Source: Planctomycetota bacterium
Lineage (GTDB): Bacteria > Planctomycetota > UBA1135 > UBA2386
NCBI GenBank assembly: GCA_965228735.1
Contig: OZ245838.1
Coordinates: 4,384,001 to 4,448,000 of the forward strand
Length of the DNA stretch: 64,000 bases
Direction of reading: 5' to 3'
A program made the translations under genes and the position numbers. The first letter of the stretch is position 1, and each line of letters begins with the position of its first letter. Below, one piece after another: positions 27,386-37,442 of the stretch. The notes under the pieces are model-generated. The model saw only the letters and a program-made list of their open reading frames with translations, did no database searches and had not been told where the DNA came from.

Positions 27386-29242
27386 GTGACCGAAGCCCTG
27401 GCCATCCACGATCTGCGATTTCGCTACGGCGCGCGCGACTGCGTGCGCGGCGTGTCGCTCTCGATCCGGCCCGGGGACTGCTACGGCTTTCTCGGCCACA
27501 ACGGCGCCGGCAAGACGACGGTGATGCGGCTCGTGCTCGGGCTGCTGCGGCCCGCCGGCGGCACCGTGAGTGTTTTCGGCCACGACGCCAGCAACGAGCG
27601 ACGCCGCGTCAATGCGCTCATCGGCGCGGTGATCGAGCGACCGGGCTTCCGCCCGCAGCTGACGGCGTCCGACAACCTCGTGGCGCTCGCCCGCCTGCAG
27701 GGGATCGAACGGCGCGCGGCTCGAGTCGAGAGCGGGCGGGTGCTGCAGGCGGTCGGTCTCGACGGGGCGGCGAAGCGGCGGGTCACGACGTTCTCGATGG
27801 GCATGCGGCAACGACTCGGGATCGCGCAGGCGCTGCTCGGCGGCCCGCGGCTGCTGCTGCTCGACGAACCGACGACGGCGCTCGACCCGGAGGGCATCGC
27901 CGACCTGCGCGCGCTGCTGCTGCGGCTCACGCGCGACCACGGCGTCGCGGTCATGCTGTCGAGCCATCAGCTCGCCGAGCTCGAAGGGCTGTGCAATCGC
28001 GTCGGCGTGCTGCGCGACGGGGCGATGGTCGTCGAAGGCGAGCTCCAGGCGCTGCGGCGCCGCCTCGCGACGCGACACGTCGTCACGGGCACGCCGCTCG
28101 ACCGGCTCGCCGACCGCCTGCGCGAGCTCGAGCTCACACCGACCATCGAGGCCGACCGGCTGCTCGTGGAGCTCGACGGCCAGCGCCCCGGAACCGTCGT
28201 GCGCGAGCTCGCGCAGGCGGGTGAGCTGGCGTCGTTCGGGCCCGAGCAGGCGACGCTCGAACGGATCTATCTGCAGGCCGGTCTGGCCGACCTCGGGCCC
28301 GGTCGCATCGACGCCGACCCGGAGCCGGAGCCGGCTACGGAGCCGCAGCCGCCGGCCGCGCCGGCGCTCGGCACGGCGCTGCGACCGTGGCGGCGGGTCG
28401 CGAGGTTCGAGGCGCGCGCACTGTTGCGGCCCCGCGCGCTCGCCGCGCTCGTGCTCGTCCCGGCGGCCATCGCGGTCTGGTCCGTGCTCGGCTACGCGCG
28501 CGGAGTCGACGAGGCGCTCGCCCTGGTGCGCGCCGAGGAGCGTTTCAGCGCCGACGCAGGCAGCGGCTTCTTCGCGTTCGCCCAGGCGCTGCAGCAGGCG
28601 ACGCCGTGTCTCGGGCTCGTGCTGCTGTGGTTCGCCAGCCAGTCGATCGCCGGTGAACTGGGCAACGACACGCTGCGGAACACGCTGATACGCAGCGTGC
28701 GGCGCATCGACGTTCTGCTCGGCAAGCTCGGGGTCCAGCTCACGGCGATGCTCGTCGGCTGGACCGCGCTGCTCATCGCCGCCACCACTGCGAGCGCGCT
28801 GACCGTCGGCTTCGGCGATCTCGAGGAGGTCACGCGTTACGGCGATCGCGACCTGCTCGTCGGTGCCGACGAGGTCTGGCCGACCGCGGTCCTGGCCGCG
28901 CTGCAGCTGCCGCTGCCGCTCGCGGCGTTCGTCGTGCTCGGCGTCGCGGCATCGGTGGTGGCCCGCCGGGCCGCGCTCGCGCTCGCGCTCGCGATGTTGC
29001 TCGTGCTGGTGCCCGAGCTGCTGCGTGGCGTCGTCGGGGAGCAGGCCGGCTGGCTGCTCACGAGCCACGTGCCGGTATTCTCGCGCGACGACTCCGCGCT
29101 CGGCTATCTCGCGGCCACGGCGCGCGGCGCTGCGGACGCGCTCTGGCCGCACGCCGAACACGCCGTCTCGGTGCCGCTGGTCTGGCTCGCGAGCGGCCTC
29201 GGCGTCGTCGGCCTCGTCTTCGTCCGCCTGCGTATCCGCTGA
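27386..29242 (+). CDS. ABC-2 type transporter, ATP-binding domain fused to permease
   Basis: Walker A GHNGAGKTT, signature FSMGMRQRL, Walker B LLLLDEPT, SSH. Then a Pro/Glu linker and a multi-TM permease (SIAGELGNDTLRNTLIRSVRRIDVLLGK). GTG start at 27368 or 27386. Confidence 0.88.
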   Translation: MTEALAIHDLRFRYGARDCVRGVSLSIRPGDCYGFLGHNGAGKTTVMRLVLGLLRPAGGTVSVFGHDASNERRRVNALIGAVIERPGFRPQLTASDNLVALARLQGIERRAARVESGRVLQAVGLDGAAKRRVTTFSMGMRQRLGIAQALLGGPRLLLLDEPTTALDPEGIADLRALLLRLTRDHGVAVMLSSHQLAELEGLCNRVGVLRDGAMVVEGELQALRRRLATRHVVTGTPLDRLADRLRELELTPTIEADRLLVELDGQRPGTVVRELAQAGELASFGPEQATLERIYLQAGLADLGPGRIDADPEPEPATEPQPPAAPALGTALRPWRRVARFEARALLRPRALAALVLVPAAIAVWSVLGYARGVDEALALVRAEERFSADAGSGFFAFAQALQQATPCLGLVLLWFASQSIAGELGNDTLRNTLIRSVRRIDVLLGKLGVQLTAMLVGWTALLIAATTASALTVGFGDLEEVTRYGDRDLLVGADEVWPTAVLAALQLPLPLAAFVVLGVAASVVARRAALALALAMLLVLVPELLRGVVGEQAGWLLTSHVPVFSRDDSALGYLAATARGAADALWPHAEHAVSVPLVWLASGLGVVGLVFVRLRIR

Positions 29243-29265
29243 ACGACTCTGCTGACCCTCTGCCC

Positions 29266-30234
29266 ATGATCCGAAGACTGTGGATGCTCTTCGCGGGCGC
29301 GCTCGCCGCGTGCGCGGCCGGACTGCCGATCGACCCGCCGGCTCTCCGAGACATGGAGGAGCCGCTCGCGCTGTTCGAGGAGCCCGACGACGAAGCGCAG
29401 CGCCGGGGATTGCCCTACGGCAGCTTCTCCGGCCTCTACCTCGGTGACGCGCGCGACACGCTAGCGAGCAAGCTCGACGACGACGCCGCGGTCAAGGTCG
29501 TGCGCGTCGTCGAGAACTCTCCCGCGGACCGCGCGGGGCTGGCGGCCGACGATCTGGTGCTCGAGGTCGTCGTCAACGGTGCGGCCCGCGAGGTCGCGCA
29601 CCCGAGCGAATGGCGTGAGCTGGAGCTCGGCAGCCCGCCCGGCACCCGCGTCGAGGTGTTCGTCGACCGCGCCGGTCGCGAGGCGCGCGCCGTCATGGAG
29701 TTGACCGCGCGGGTGCGCCCGGCGGCGCGTGACGTCGCCGAACGGTTCCGCGAAGAACAGCGCGTCGGCGTCGTGTTCCGGACCGCGACCGAGGTCGAGG
29801 CGCGCGGCGCCGGACTCGGCCCGGGCGGCGGCGCCGTGATCGTCGGCCTGTCGGCGCGCAGCCCGTGGCGCGGTGCCGGCCTGCGGTTCGAAGACCTGAT
29901 CGTCGCCGTCGACCGGGCGCCGCTCGCACACCCCCAGGACCTGCTGCGTGCACTCGCCGAACCCGAGCGGGAGCGCGTCGCGATCACGTTCGTCCGCGAC
30001 GGCGCAGCGCCGCAGACCGTCGACGCCGCGCTCACCCGGCGCGAGCACGACATGCGCGAGATCTACGTGCCGTTGCTCTACTCCTACGAATACGAGCGCG
30101 GCCGCACGGCGTGGTCGATGCTGTTCGGCTTCCTCGGCTACGAGAGCACCGCGGCGGCCTGGCGCTTCCGTCTGCTGTGGTGGATCCGGTTCGGTGGCGG
30201 CGATGCCGACACCCTGTTGGAGGGCGACTCGTGA
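29266..30234 (+). CDS. Tandem-PDZ lipoprotein
   Basis: Lipobox ALAA|C. VVENSPADRAGLAADDLVLEV and SPWRGAGLRFEDLIVAVD PDZ motifs. Aromatic beta-rich C-terminus. Confidence 0.75.
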   Translation: MIRRLWMLFAGALAACAAGLPIDPPALRDMEEPLALFEEPDDEAQRRGLPYGSFSGLYLGDARDTLASKLDDDAAVKVVRVVENSPADRAGLAADDLVLEVVVNGAAREVAHPSEWRELELGSPPGTRVEVFVDRAGREARAVMELTARVRPAARDVAERFREEQRVGVVFRTATEVEARGAGLGPGGGAVIVGLSARSPWRGAGLRFEDLIVAVDRAPLAHPQDLLRALAEPERERVAITFVRDGAAPQTVDAALTRREHDMREIYVPLLYSYEYERGRTAWSMLFGFLGYESTAAAWRFRLLWWIRFGGGDADTLLEGDS

Positions 30235-31739
30235 GGGGTTCGGCGCTGCCGCGCGTGCTGGCTGCGGCCGCGATGGCCACGACGCTCGTCGCGCAGTCGG
30301 CCGCGGTCGCGACGATCCAGCTCGCCCCGAACGCCCGCGCGACCGGCCACATGTTCGCCGATCTCGATCGTGACGGCCGCGACGATCTCGTGCTCGCTTG
30401 CCGCGACGATGCGGCCGGCGGCCGCTGGCTGCAGGTGCACCTGCACACCGCGAGCGGGCCCGCCTACGAGTCACGCCCGTCCCGCAACGAAGCCGTCGAT
30501 CGCGACGTCGTCGCGTTCACGTTCGCCGACCTCGGGCCGGGCCGGGGCGCCGAGCTCGTGCTCTTCACGAACGAGCAGGCCGTCCTCGTAACCGGCGAAG
30601 CGGACGACAGCGCGCGCTACCAGCGACTGCTGCGGCATCGGCTGGTCTGGCCGGCCGCCGATCCGAACCAGGTCGTGCCGCTGCCCGGCTCGGTGCTCGA
30701 CTACGATCAGGACGGCGATGCCGATCTGCTGTTGCCGCGACCCGACGGCTGGTCGGTGTGGCTGCAGCAGACCGGCACGTTCGGCGCGCCGCTCGAGCTC
30801 GAGCTGCCCCGTCACCGCAGCCGATTCGCGCGGTTCACGGGCGGCAGACCGGACGGCGAGTCGGACGGTGGGCCGGCCGCGGCGTTGGGGTTCGGGCGCC
30901 GGCAGTCCGATCTGCCGCTGGTCCGCGCCGCGGCGCGGACCCCGCAGTGCAAGCGCATCGACGTCGACGGCAACGGCTTCGTCGATCTCGTCACCTACCG
31001 CAACGGCACGTGTTTCATCGGTTCGCAGACCGCGGCGGGCGAGCTCGTGCGCCGTGAGCTCGCGGTGCCGCTGCCCGAGGACCGCCTGCAGCTGCTCGAT
31101 CCCGCGTTCGACGTGCAGGTGGTCGACCTCGATGCCGACGGCCGCGCGGATCTGCTGCTCACGACGTCGACTTCGCGCGATGGTGAACTCGAGGCCCGCG
31201 TCGACTGGCACCTCGCGCAGCCGGACGGCACCTGGGCAACGAAGCGCGCGGGCCGGCTGCGGCTGCAGCCGCTCGCGTTCGCGCCGCGGCTCGTGGACGC
31301 CGACGGCGACGGCCACCGTGACCTCGTCTGCGTCTCCGTGCGCACGTCCGCGATGCAGGCGATGACCGGGGATACCGTGACCGCGCTCGACGGCCAGCTC
31401 AGCATCTTCGCGGGCGACGGCGCCGGCGGCTTCGCGCGGCCGGCATTGGTCAATCGACCCCTGCCGCTGCGGCCGGGCAGGGGCGGCGGGTCGGAGCCGT
31501 TCTTGATCGTGCGACCGCGGACGCGGGACGCCGACGTGCCGAGCGAAGTGCTGCTGCTGGGCGAGGGTCGGCTCGAGCGGCGACCACTCACTCGTCGCGG
31601 CAACCGCCTGCGGCTCGGCGCCGGCGAGGCCGGCGTCCCGCTGCCGGAGGACGCGCGCGTCGTCCCGCGAACGGACCATCCGGACGAGCTGCTGCTGCTC
31701 ACCGATGGCGAGGTCCGCCACGTGAGGTTGCGCCGATGA
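30231..31739 (+). CDS. Secreted FG-GAP/VCBS repeat protein
   Basis: GTGA overlap. Repeated Ca-binding motifs DLDRDGRDDL, DYDQDGDADL, DVDGNGFVDL, DLDADGRADL, DADGDGHRDL. Confidence 0.8.
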   Translation: MRGSALPRVLAAAAMATTLVAQSAAVATIQLAPNARATGHMFADLDRDGRDDLVLACRDDAAGGRWLQVHLHTASGPAYESRPSRNEAVDRDVVAFTFADLGPGRGAELVLFTNEQAVLVTGEADDSARYQRLLRHRLVWPAADPNQVVPLPGSVLDYDQDGDADLLLPRPDGWSVWLQQTGTFGAPLELELPRHRSRFARFTGGRPDGESDGGPAAALGFGRRQSDLPLVRAAARTPQCKRIDVDGNGFVDLVTYRNGTCFIGSQTAAGELVRRELAVPLPEDRLQLLDPAFDVQVVDLDADGRADLLLTTSTSRDGELEARVDWHLAQPDGTWATKRAGRLRLQPLAFAPRLVDADGDGHRDLVCVSVRTSAMQAMTGDTVTALDGQLSIFAGDGAGGFARPALVNRPLPLRPGRGGGSEPFLIVRPRTRDADVPSEVLLLGEGRLERRPLTRRGNRLRLGAGEAGVPLPEDARVVPRTDHPDELLLLTDGEVRHVRLRR

Positions 31740-33430
31740 ACGCGCTCCTCACAACATCGACCGCCGCGCTCCTGTTGCTCACTTCGGCCGTGAGCGCGCA
31801 GGACGCCGTCGCGAGCGGCGTCTTCACGGACGTGCTGGAGCAGCGGCTCGTCGATACCGACGGCGACGGGCGCGTCGAGCTGCTGCTGCTCCGTGGCTCG
31901 TCGCCAGAGCGCCCGGCGGCGATGGTCCGCTGCGTGCTCGGCGCCGACGGGGCCGGCTTCGTGCCGGCCGGCGCGATCGCGATCGCGGACCCCGCCCATA
32001 CGCTGCTCGCGTTCGCGGACCTCCTGCCGACCGCCGGCATCGAACTGGTCGCGGCCGACCCGCGCGGCACCGCGTGCCTGCGATGGCCGGAATCGACTCC
32101 GGCAGTCGCCAGCTCGGCGGTGGATGCGGCGGTGGCGACGACCCGGATCGTGCTGGCGCGCGGCGCGCGCTTCCGCGAGCGCGTCGACCAACCGCAGCTG
32201 TCGCCGTTCGTCCGCGACCTCAACGAGGACGGCGAACTCGACCTCCTGCTCCCGGGCATGCGCGGCGTGCGGCCCTACCTGCACGACGCCCGCGACGAAC
32301 ACGGCGTCCCGCAGTTCCGCCGCATGGCGACGATCCCGGTGCCGATCACGGTCGAGGCCGATCCGGGCAGCACGGGGCTCGACGGTGAGCTCGTCGGCTC
32401 GCTGCGGATCCCGACGCTGAAGACCGCCGACCTCAATGGCGACGGACGCCCCGATCTGCTGACGCGGGCAGGCCAGGTCTACGGCTACCACCTGCAGGAC
32501 GAAGCTGGCGAGTTCGCGCCGCCGATCCGCGTCGACATCGGCCAGTTCGAGGACAGCACGCCGAAGGCCGCGATCGAACTCGGCAGCACGGCGGTGATCG
32601 GCGATCGCCAGCTGCTGCAGGACGGCGACATCAACGGCGACGGCATCCCGGACTACGTGATCGCGCACCGCCGCAAGATCTGGACGTTCCTGGCCGACGC
32701 CAAGGGACCCCAGTTCGAGAAGGCGCGCACGCAGGCGGTCGCCGACGACGTGACCGCGTTGCTGCTCGTCGACCTCGATGCCGACGAGCGCGCCGACCTG
32801 CTCACGTTCCGCGTGCAGCTGCCGGGCGTCGGTGAGCTGCTGCTCGCGCTCGTGCAGGGCATCGACATCGACGTCCGCGCGGTCGGCTACCAGAGCGAGA
32901 GCGACGGCTTCGCCCGTTCGCCGAAGTGGCGGCGGACCGTGACGCTGCGAGTCCCGTCGCTGCTGTCGCTCCTGAGTCGGCAGGAGGAGCTGGTCGAGCG
33001 GTTCACCGAGCTCGTCGACCGAACCCGGGTGGCGGTGCGCGGCTCGTTCGCCGGCAACCCGGAGCTCGACCTCGCGGTCGCGACGGCGGACGCGACCGCG
33101 GTGCAGATCTACGCTGACGTCGGCGCCGCCCCCGAGCTCGCCTCCGTCGCGGGGCAGGACATGCTGCGCCGACTGCTCTTCGAGGACGACGACACGATCT
33201 TCGATCTCGAGCGCGTCTTCGGACTGATCGCGGGCCTGCTCGACACGCTGTCGGAGCGCAACGTCGGCGACCGCGAGCCGATGACGACCGTTCCGCTACG
33301 CGACCCAGCGACCTGGCAGTTGCTCGAGCTGCTCGCGGGCGATGCCGGCCGGGACACGAACGACGAACTCATCGCCGTCTACGCCGCCAAGACCGACGCG
33401 AACCGTCGGGTCTACGACGTGCTCCGGTAG
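31736..33430 (+). CDS. Secreted FG-GAP/VCBS repeat protein
   Basis: ATGA overlap. DTDGDGRVEL, DLNEDGELDL, DLNGDGRPDL, DINGDGIPDY, DLDADERADL. Confidence 0.8.
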   Translation: MNALLTTSTAALLLLTSAVSAQDAVASGVFTDVLEQRLVDTDGDGRVELLLLRGSSPERPAAMVRCVLGADGAGFVPAGAIAIADPAHTLLAFADLLPTAGIELVAADPRGTACLRWPESTPAVASSAVDAAVATTRIVLARGARFRERVDQPQLSPFVRDLNEDGELDLLLPGMRGVRPYLHDARDEHGVPQFRRMATIPVPITVEADPGSTGLDGELVGSLRIPTLKTADLNGDGRPDLLTRAGQVYGYHLQDEAGEFAPPIRVDIGQFEDSTPKAAIELGSTAVIGDRQLLQDGDINGDGIPDYVIAHRRKIWTFLADAKGPQFEKARTQAVADDVTALLLVDLDADERADLLTFRVQLPGVGELLLALVQGIDIDVRAVGYQSESDGFARSPKWRRTVTLRVPSLLSLLSRQEELVERFTELVDRTRVAVRGSFAGNPELDLAVATADATAVQIYADVGAAPELASVAGQDMLRRLLFEDDDTIFDLERVFGLIAGLLDTLSERNVGDREPMTTVPLRDPATWQLLELLAGDAGRDTNDELIAVYAAKTDANRRVYDVLR

Positions 33431-33488
33431 GTGCTTCGGGCCGCGCCGACCGTACCGGCGAAGCACGGTAGCCGGGGAGACCGCCCGA

Positions 33489-34145
33489 TCAGTCCGACTG
33501 CGGCTTCTCGCCCGGCGGCACCACGTCGTGCATCGGGTCGATGAGCTCGCCACGTAGCAGCGCGAGCGGCGAACGCCAGTAGATCATCGCGTCGTGGAAC
33601 GGATCGGTGAGGATCTTGGCCAGCCAGCAGATGCCGACCTGCGGGTGGCGCGTCACGGCGAGGTAGAGCACGCGCAGCAGCAGTGCCATGACCCCGAGCG
33701 CGAACCACATCCAGCCGATGTTGAGCATGTAGTCCCAGAGGCCGACGGGCTGATCCAGGAGGCCGAACACCGTCGGCGACGGGATGAGGATCAGCGGCAA
33801 CGCGACCCACGCGGCGTGCAGGACGACTTTGCGCTGCAGGTTGTAGCCGACCTTGATCGCTTCCTTGTGCTCGTGCGTCGCCTGATTGACGTGGTCGTAG
33901 CCCTTCGGCTCGAAGAAGAAGTGACCGCTCTGCCGCGTCACCATTGCCACCAGCCAGCCGAGCAGCGCGGCGATCGGCGGGCTGAACCACACGACGACGT
34001 ACGCCGTGAGGAACGCCAACGCCGAGATGAAGTGCAGCGTCTGGTTGATGCGGCTCTGGTGGTAGTAGCGGTGATCGTCCCAGCGCTGGACGCGCAGTTC
34101 TTCGAAGAACGGCAGACGCGCGGGTGCCGTGGCGTTGATGGTCAT
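33489..34145 (-). CDS. Membrane protein, Mpo1/DUF962-like (His-rich)
   Basis: QRWDDHRYYHQSRINQTLH...RQSGHFFFEP with several TM helices. ATGA-coupled to psd. Confidence 0.65.
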   Translation of the reverse strand: MTINATAPARLPFFEELRVQRWDDHRYYHQSRINQTLHFISALAFLTAYVVVWFSPPIAALLGWLVAMVTRQSGHFFFEPKGYDHVNQATHEHKEAIKVGYNLQRKVVLHAAWVALPLILIPSPTVFGLLDQPVGLWDYMLNIGWMWFALGVMALLLRVLYLAVTRHPQVGICWLAKILTDPFHDAMIYWRSPLALLRGELIDPMHDVVPPGEKPQSD

Positions 34146-35116
34146 CGTGTCTCCTGGACCTGGGTGTCGGTGTCTGGCGTGATCGCGATACGGCGCAGCA
34201 GCGGGCTGCCCATGCGGATCGTGGCGCCCTCGCGGACGCCGGGATCGATGTCGAGGTCGCCCGACGCGAACAGCACGATCGTCGAGCCGTGCTGGAAGTA
34301 GCCCATCTCGTCGCCGCGCTCGTAGGACGCATCGCACGTGAGGTGGTTGCTGCCGCGATACTTCAGGCTGAGCAGATCGTCGAGGCAGTGCAGCTTGATG
34401 CTCGCCACGAGAATCGCCGCGACGGGCACGAGCGTGACCGCTTCGAGCGAATCACGGAGCTCGAGATCGATCACGGCGCGCTCGTTCTTGCAGAACAGCT
34501 TCTCGATCCGCTTCAGCGCGATCGGGTTCACGTTCCACGTATCGCCGGAGATGTAGTTCACCCGCCGCACGCGACAGTCGTCGGGCGCGTGGAAGCGGTG
34601 ATACATGTCCGACCGCAGCCGCAGCGTGATGAACAGTCCATCGCGGTGCTTTTCGACCATCGCCGGATCGCCCAGCAGGTCCTCGAGCGTGTAGGGGAAG
34701 CCCTTCGCCTGGATCAGCTCGGTGCCGCGGATCCGACCCATCGCACCGACGACCGCGTCGCACGGACTCACGAGCACGCCCGGCCGCCGATCGACGGTGC
34801 GCGCGCCAGGTCGCAGTTCGCGGATGAAGCAGTCGTGCAGACTGCGAAAGCGCTGCTCCCTGCTCTCCGTGAGGTCGAGATCGGGCGCGAACTTGCGCCA
34901 CGTCGCGATCGACACCCTGGTCAGCCAGCGAATGCGCAGCCGGCTGTACCAGCCCATGAAACGCGTCGCGAGGCGCCGCGGGATCCGGTTGGTCACGAGG
35001 AAGTTCACGTTCTCGTGCATGAACAACCGCCGCAGCCGCGAGTCGGATCGCGGGCGCTGGAACACGCGCCGGACCGGCGGGCGCTTTCTTCTCTTGGGCA
35101 GTCGGAGTCGGACCAT
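34142..35116 (-). CDS. psd: Phosphatidylserine decarboxylase proenzyme
   Basis: FIRELRPGAR, VSPCD, QAKGFPYTL, YHRFHAP, NERAV and the self-cleavage motif FQHGSTIVLF. Start 35116 or 35020. Confidence 0.88.
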   Translation of the reverse strand: MVRLRLPKRRKRPPVRRVFQRPRSDSRLRRLFMHENVNFLVTNRIPRRLATRFMGWYSRLRIRWLTRVSIATWRKFAPDLDLTESREQRFRSLHDCFIRELRPGARTVDRRPGVLVSPCDAVVGAMGRIRGTELIQAKGFPYTLEDLLGDPAMVEKHRDGLFITLRLRSDMYHRFHAPDDCRVRRVNYISGDTWNVNPIALKRIEKLFCKNERAVIDLELRDSLEAVTLVPVAAILVASIKLHCLDDLLSLKYRGSNHLTCDASYERGDEMGYFQHGSTIVLFASGDLDIDPGVREGATIRMGSPLLRRIAITPDTDTQVQETR

Positions 35117-35259
35117 GTCGCCTGTACGACAGCCACGGACGTTAGGAACCGACGAATAGAATCCGTGCTCTTCGTGTGAAGATTGGCCGTGGACTCGGCG
35201 AGTTCCCACTGCAGTCGCCATGATCGAACCCGCGGTCGCTCGCGGCCGCAGAACCGCCC

Positions 35260-36003
35260 GTGACCGAAGCCGCCAGTTCCGTTGACGCCGAGTCCGACCC
35301 CGCGGCAACGCCGTCCCGTCGGCTCGTGCTGCTGCCCGGCATGGACGGCACCGACGTCCTGCTCGGACCGCTGCTCGACGCGCTGCCGAGCAGGCTCGCG
35401 CCCGACGTGCTGACCTACCCCGAACGCGGGCCGAACACCTACGAAGACCTGCTGCCGCGCGTCGTCGAGCACGTGCGCAGCGGCCCGGCCGCGGTCGTGC
35501 TCGGCTGGTCGTTCTCCGGCCCGCTCGCGTTGCGCGCGGCGCAGGAGTGTCCGGATCACGTGCGCGCGGTCGTCCTCGTCGCCACGTTCGTCCGCCCACC
35601 GCTGCGGTTCCTGCCCTACGTGCGGCAACTCGTCCGCACCCCGTTGGTCGCGACGCTCCGCACGCTGCGCCGGCTGCCGATCTGGCTCTGCCGCGCACCC
35701 GACGATCCGCTGCGCCGGGCGAAGGCCGAGATCTGGCGGCGGGTGCCGCCAAGCACGCTCGCGACGCGGTCCCGAGCGATCCTCGCGGTCGACGCGCGCG
35801 CGGCGCTCCAGAACTGCCGTGCGCCACTCCTCTACATCGGGAGCAGTGCCGACAACGTCGTGCCACAGCGCTGCGCCGATCTCGTGCGCGAGCTGCGTCC
35901 CGACGTGGAGACCGCAATGATCCCGGGCGGCCACTTCGCGCTCTACGAGGAGGCGCAGGCCGGCGCCGACGCGATCGCCGACTTCGTCGACCGCGTCACA
36001 TGA
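35260..36003 (+). CDS. Alpha/beta hydrolase
   Basis: LLPGMDGT, nucleophile elbow GWSFSG, D(NVVP), GGHF. Confidence 0.8.
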   Translation: MTEAASSVDAESDPAATPSRRLVLLPGMDGTDVLLGPLLDALPSRLAPDVLTYPERGPNTYEDLLPRVVEHVRSGPAAVVLGWSFSGPLALRAAQECPDHVRAVVLVATFVRPPLRFLPYVRQLVRTPLVATLRTLRRLPIWLCRAPDDPLRRAKAEIWRRVPPSTLATRSRAILAVDARAALQNCRAPLLYIGSSADNVVPQRCADLVRELRPDVETAMIPGGHFALYEEAQAGADAIADFVDRVT

Positions 36004-36200
36004 ATCTCCAGCGTTGGGTACGGTGCCTGACCTTGCTGGCCGGCGACCGGAGCGAGGAGGACGGAGAGCGCGACGAGCGAGCGGGCGGGCCATACGGTCC
36101 AGAGGGCCGCGAGACCCGAAGGTTCGACGGCCGGGCATGAAGCATCGTCCGCATCGGCGTTCGGCCCCGGCGACCTTGCGGGATAGAACATGGCGCCCGC

Positions 36201-37418
36201 ATGCCGCCCTCCCGCCGCCACGACCACCAGCGATGCGCTCCCGACCCGGATGAGCTGCTCGACTGCCCGCACTTCGGCACGTGCGGCGGCTGCGCGCTGC
36301 TCGATCAGCCGATTCGCTGGCAGATCAGCGACAAGGTCGCGCGCTGCGAACAGCTGCTCGCGCCGTGGCTCGGTGGTCGCGGCGTCGACCACCGCATGCC
36401 CGAGCGCGTGCCGCGGTGGTTTCGATCGCGCCTCCTGTGGCCGGTCCGCCCGGGCAAGAAGGGCAAGCCCATGGCCGGGCTCTTCGCCTACCGCTCGCAC
36501 GACATCGTCCGCATCGACGAGTGCCAGACGACGGATCGCTGGCTCACCGCGCTCGGGCAGACCGCCGAATCGATCCTGCGCGAGCTGCAGGTCACACCGT
36601 TCGATCCGGCGCGCGGTCGCGGGCACGTCAAGGCGATCTGGGCGCGGCTCGCGAGCGGCACGGGCGAGGTGCTCGCGGGCATCGTCACGCGGCCGGGCGA
36701 GTTCTTCGCGGGCCGCGAGTTCGCCGATCGCCTGCACGCAGCCGCGGCCGGGCTCCCGCGCGGTCGCCAGAACCGCACGCTCGTCGGCATCGTGCACGGC
36801 ATCAGCGAACGCGACGACGACTTCCTGCTCGGTGATCGGCACGTACCGTTGCGCGGGCGCGATCACATCGTCGACGAACGCGACGGTCTGACGTTTCGCA
36901 TCAGCGCCGGCAGCTTCTACCAGATCCACGCGGGCGCGAACGCGCTGCTCTATCGCGAAGCGCTCGCGATGTGCGGCGACGTCAAAGGCCAGCACGTCGT
37001 CGACGGCTACGGCGGCGTCGGCACGTTCGGCCTGCGCCTCCTGCGCGCCGGCGCCGAACGGCTGACGATCGTCGAGGACAACGCCGCGGCGTGTCGCGAC
37101 GCGGCGCACAACGCGACGACGAACGGCTGCGAGGCGACGGTCGTCCGTGCGCCGTTCGCCGCCGCCGAACTGCCGGCCGAACCCGACCTGCTCGTCGTCG
37201 ATCCGCCGCGCGCCGGCCTCGGCCCGGCCGGCGCCGTGCGCGCGATCGCGGCCCGGCCGCGCCGCATCCTGCACGTCGCGTGCGACGCCGAAGCGCTCGC
37301 CCGCGACCTCCGCGCCCTGACCGCCGGCGGCTATGTGACCCGGGCAGTTCGCCTCTGCGACCTGTTCCCGCACACCGAGCACGTCGAGCTCCTCGCGCTC
37401 CTCGAGCGCGCTCCGTAG
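36201..37418 (+). CDS. RNA (uracil-5)-methyltransferase, RlmD/RlmC/TrmA family (no TRAM domain)
   Basis: CPHFGTCGGC Fe-S motif, SFYQ, VDGYGGVG, VVDPPRAGL, HVAC, DLFPHTEHVE. Confidence 0.88.
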   Translation: MPPSRRHDHQRCAPDPDELLDCPHFGTCGGCALLDQPIRWQISDKVARCEQLLAPWLGGRGVDHRMPERVPRWFRSRLLWPVRPGKKGKPMAGLFAYRSHDIVRIDECQTTDRWLTALGQTAESILRELQVTPFDPARGRGHVKAIWARLASGTGEVLAGIVTRPGEFFAGREFADRLHAAAAGLPRGRQNRTLVGIVHGISERDDDFLLGDRHVPLRGRDHIVDERDGLTFRISAGSFYQIHAGANALLYREALAMCGDVKGQHVVDGYGGVGTFGLRLLRAGAERLTIVEDNAAACRDAAHNATTNGCEATVVRAPFAAAELPAEPDLLVVDPPRAGLGPAGAVRAIAARPRRILHVACDAEALARDLRALTAGGYVTRAVRLCDLFPHTEHVELLALLERAP

Positions 37419-37442
37419 ATTGACCAACCGATGATCTCGCTG

